Positions 25,118 through 25,933 of a stretch of 25,933 nucleotides of DNA are shown one piece after another. The stretch is from Candidatus Altiarchaeota archaeon (lineage in GTDB: Archaea > Altiarchaeota > Altiarchaeia > IMC4 > SCGC-AAA252-I15), in the NCBI GenBank assembly GCA_043813075.1, contig JBDRLL010000038.1:1-25933 (forward strand). Reading direction: 5' to 3'. The notes under the pieces were generated by a model. It saw nothing but the letters and a program-made list of their open reading frames with translations. It had not been told where the DNA came from and ran no database searches. Both the position numbers and the translations under genes were made by a program. Positions within the stretch are counted from its first letter, which is position 1. Each line of letters starts with the position of its first letter.

Positions 25118-25933
25118 TTACGGCCGTTTCATTACTGCATCTACTATGTCCTCTGGCGTTATTCCCGGCGACTGGACGTTTTTCCTAGCGTATACTGACT
25201 CTACTCTCCCCAATAAATCGTCCGCATTCATACTCGAGCCAATCATCTCCTCCTGAATCTCTGTCAAAACATCTGGGTATATGAAGAAATCTCCTGAAAT
25301 CAGCACATCCCTTACCAGATTCTCATCAACCGTTGTCGTCGTCCTGATAAGCCCTCCCTTTACCTTGTGCGAGCTTTCAATCACGTTCACGCCCTCTGAT
25401 ATCTTGACCCTCCGTGTTTTATCCCCCTCATATGATACTCTGTTGAGCCATTCTTCTGACTTGAATTTCTCGTCAAACACTCTAACCAATGCATGCTCTT
25501 CCGGAGAGAGGTTCCCCATTGAAAGTTTTATGTCTAGAGTTTTCTCGAGGTTTTTCACAAGAATGTTCTTAACCTCTTCCCTGGGCGGCACCTTACCTAA
25601 CTCCCTTCTTACTGTCGTAAGGTACTCCTCCATTGTCTTATACACCTTATCCCTAAACTTTTCATCAGGGACCTTAAGCACTCTTACCATGGTCATGTAG
25701 TCAAAATCTAGTATAAGGCTTCCTACAACGACAACACAGTCCCCTATTCTAGCGGCTCCTGTGCCACCTATCTTCTTATTATCCACCTGTATGTCGTTCA
25801 CCGGCCTGTGGACTGCATTAATCCCTAGTTCACGGTACGCTTCTACAGGCGCCTTTAGGAAAGCCAACAGCTCTTGATTTGCATCAACTGATTCATAACC
25901 GCTTCCCAGGTTGACATTTATGCCCCCAAATAA
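25118..25933 (-). CDS. Lipoate-protein ligase A family protein, 5'-partial
   Basis: RPVNDI...KKIGGTG and C-terminal domain KVKGGLIR...ISGDFF. The frame stays open to the window edge. Confidence 0.88.
   Translation of the reverse strand, partial: LFGGINVNLGSGYESVDANQELLAFLKAPVEAYRELGINAVHRPVNDIQVDNKKIGGTGAARIGDCVVVVGSLILDFDYMTMVRVLKVPDEKFRDKVYKTMEEYLTTVRRELGKVPPREEVKNILVKNLEKTLDIKLSMGNLSPEEHALVRVFDEKFKSEEWLNRVSYEGDKTRRVKISEGVNVIESSHKVKGGLIRTTTTVDENLVRDVLISGDFFIYPDVLTEIQEEMIGSSMNADDLLGRVESVYARKNVQSPGITPEDIVDAVMKRP

Noticed and set aside
1777-25700. Numerous short Ser/Phe-rich antisense ORFs in the track
   Set aside because: They lie opposite well-supported genes and have typical shadow-ORF composition.

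Overview
Archaeal genomic window, inferred to come from a DPANN lineage such as Altiarchaeota. The basis is a BHB-type tRNA intron, an Nre DNA-repair gene, TATA-box leaderless genes and Thr-rich/Cys-rich surface proteins; no taxonomic search was possible. In order, it contains: tRNA-Leu(UAA) with a 120-nt intron; an AT-rich wHTH + RelE-like toxin-antitoxin pair; a Na/Pi cotransporter; an orphan with a JAB/MPN+-like domain; a wHTH regulator/membrane protein/PepSY/cupredoxin module; a sulfatase-like/GT-C/arylsulfotransferase envelope cluster; nikR divergent from two paralogous small membrane proteins with a perfect operator between them; Nre; TauE; a divergent class II CCA/poly(A) polymerase-like nucleotidyltransferase; tatC and a convergent tatA that the ORF track misses; an orphan built of tandem Sm-like repeats; a stand-alone FMN glutamate synthase-like protein; a PAS histidine kinase with an HTH-REC-degenerate GGDEF regulator; and a partial lipoate ligase. 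The best novelty candidates are the NikR-controlled two-gene putative metal transporter, the class II NTase with rewritten specificity motifs, the circularly permuted Sm-like repeat protein and the sulfation cluster with a shared LxExGY motif. No CRISPR array, integrase or transposase was seen. All family calls are by-eye motif recognition.
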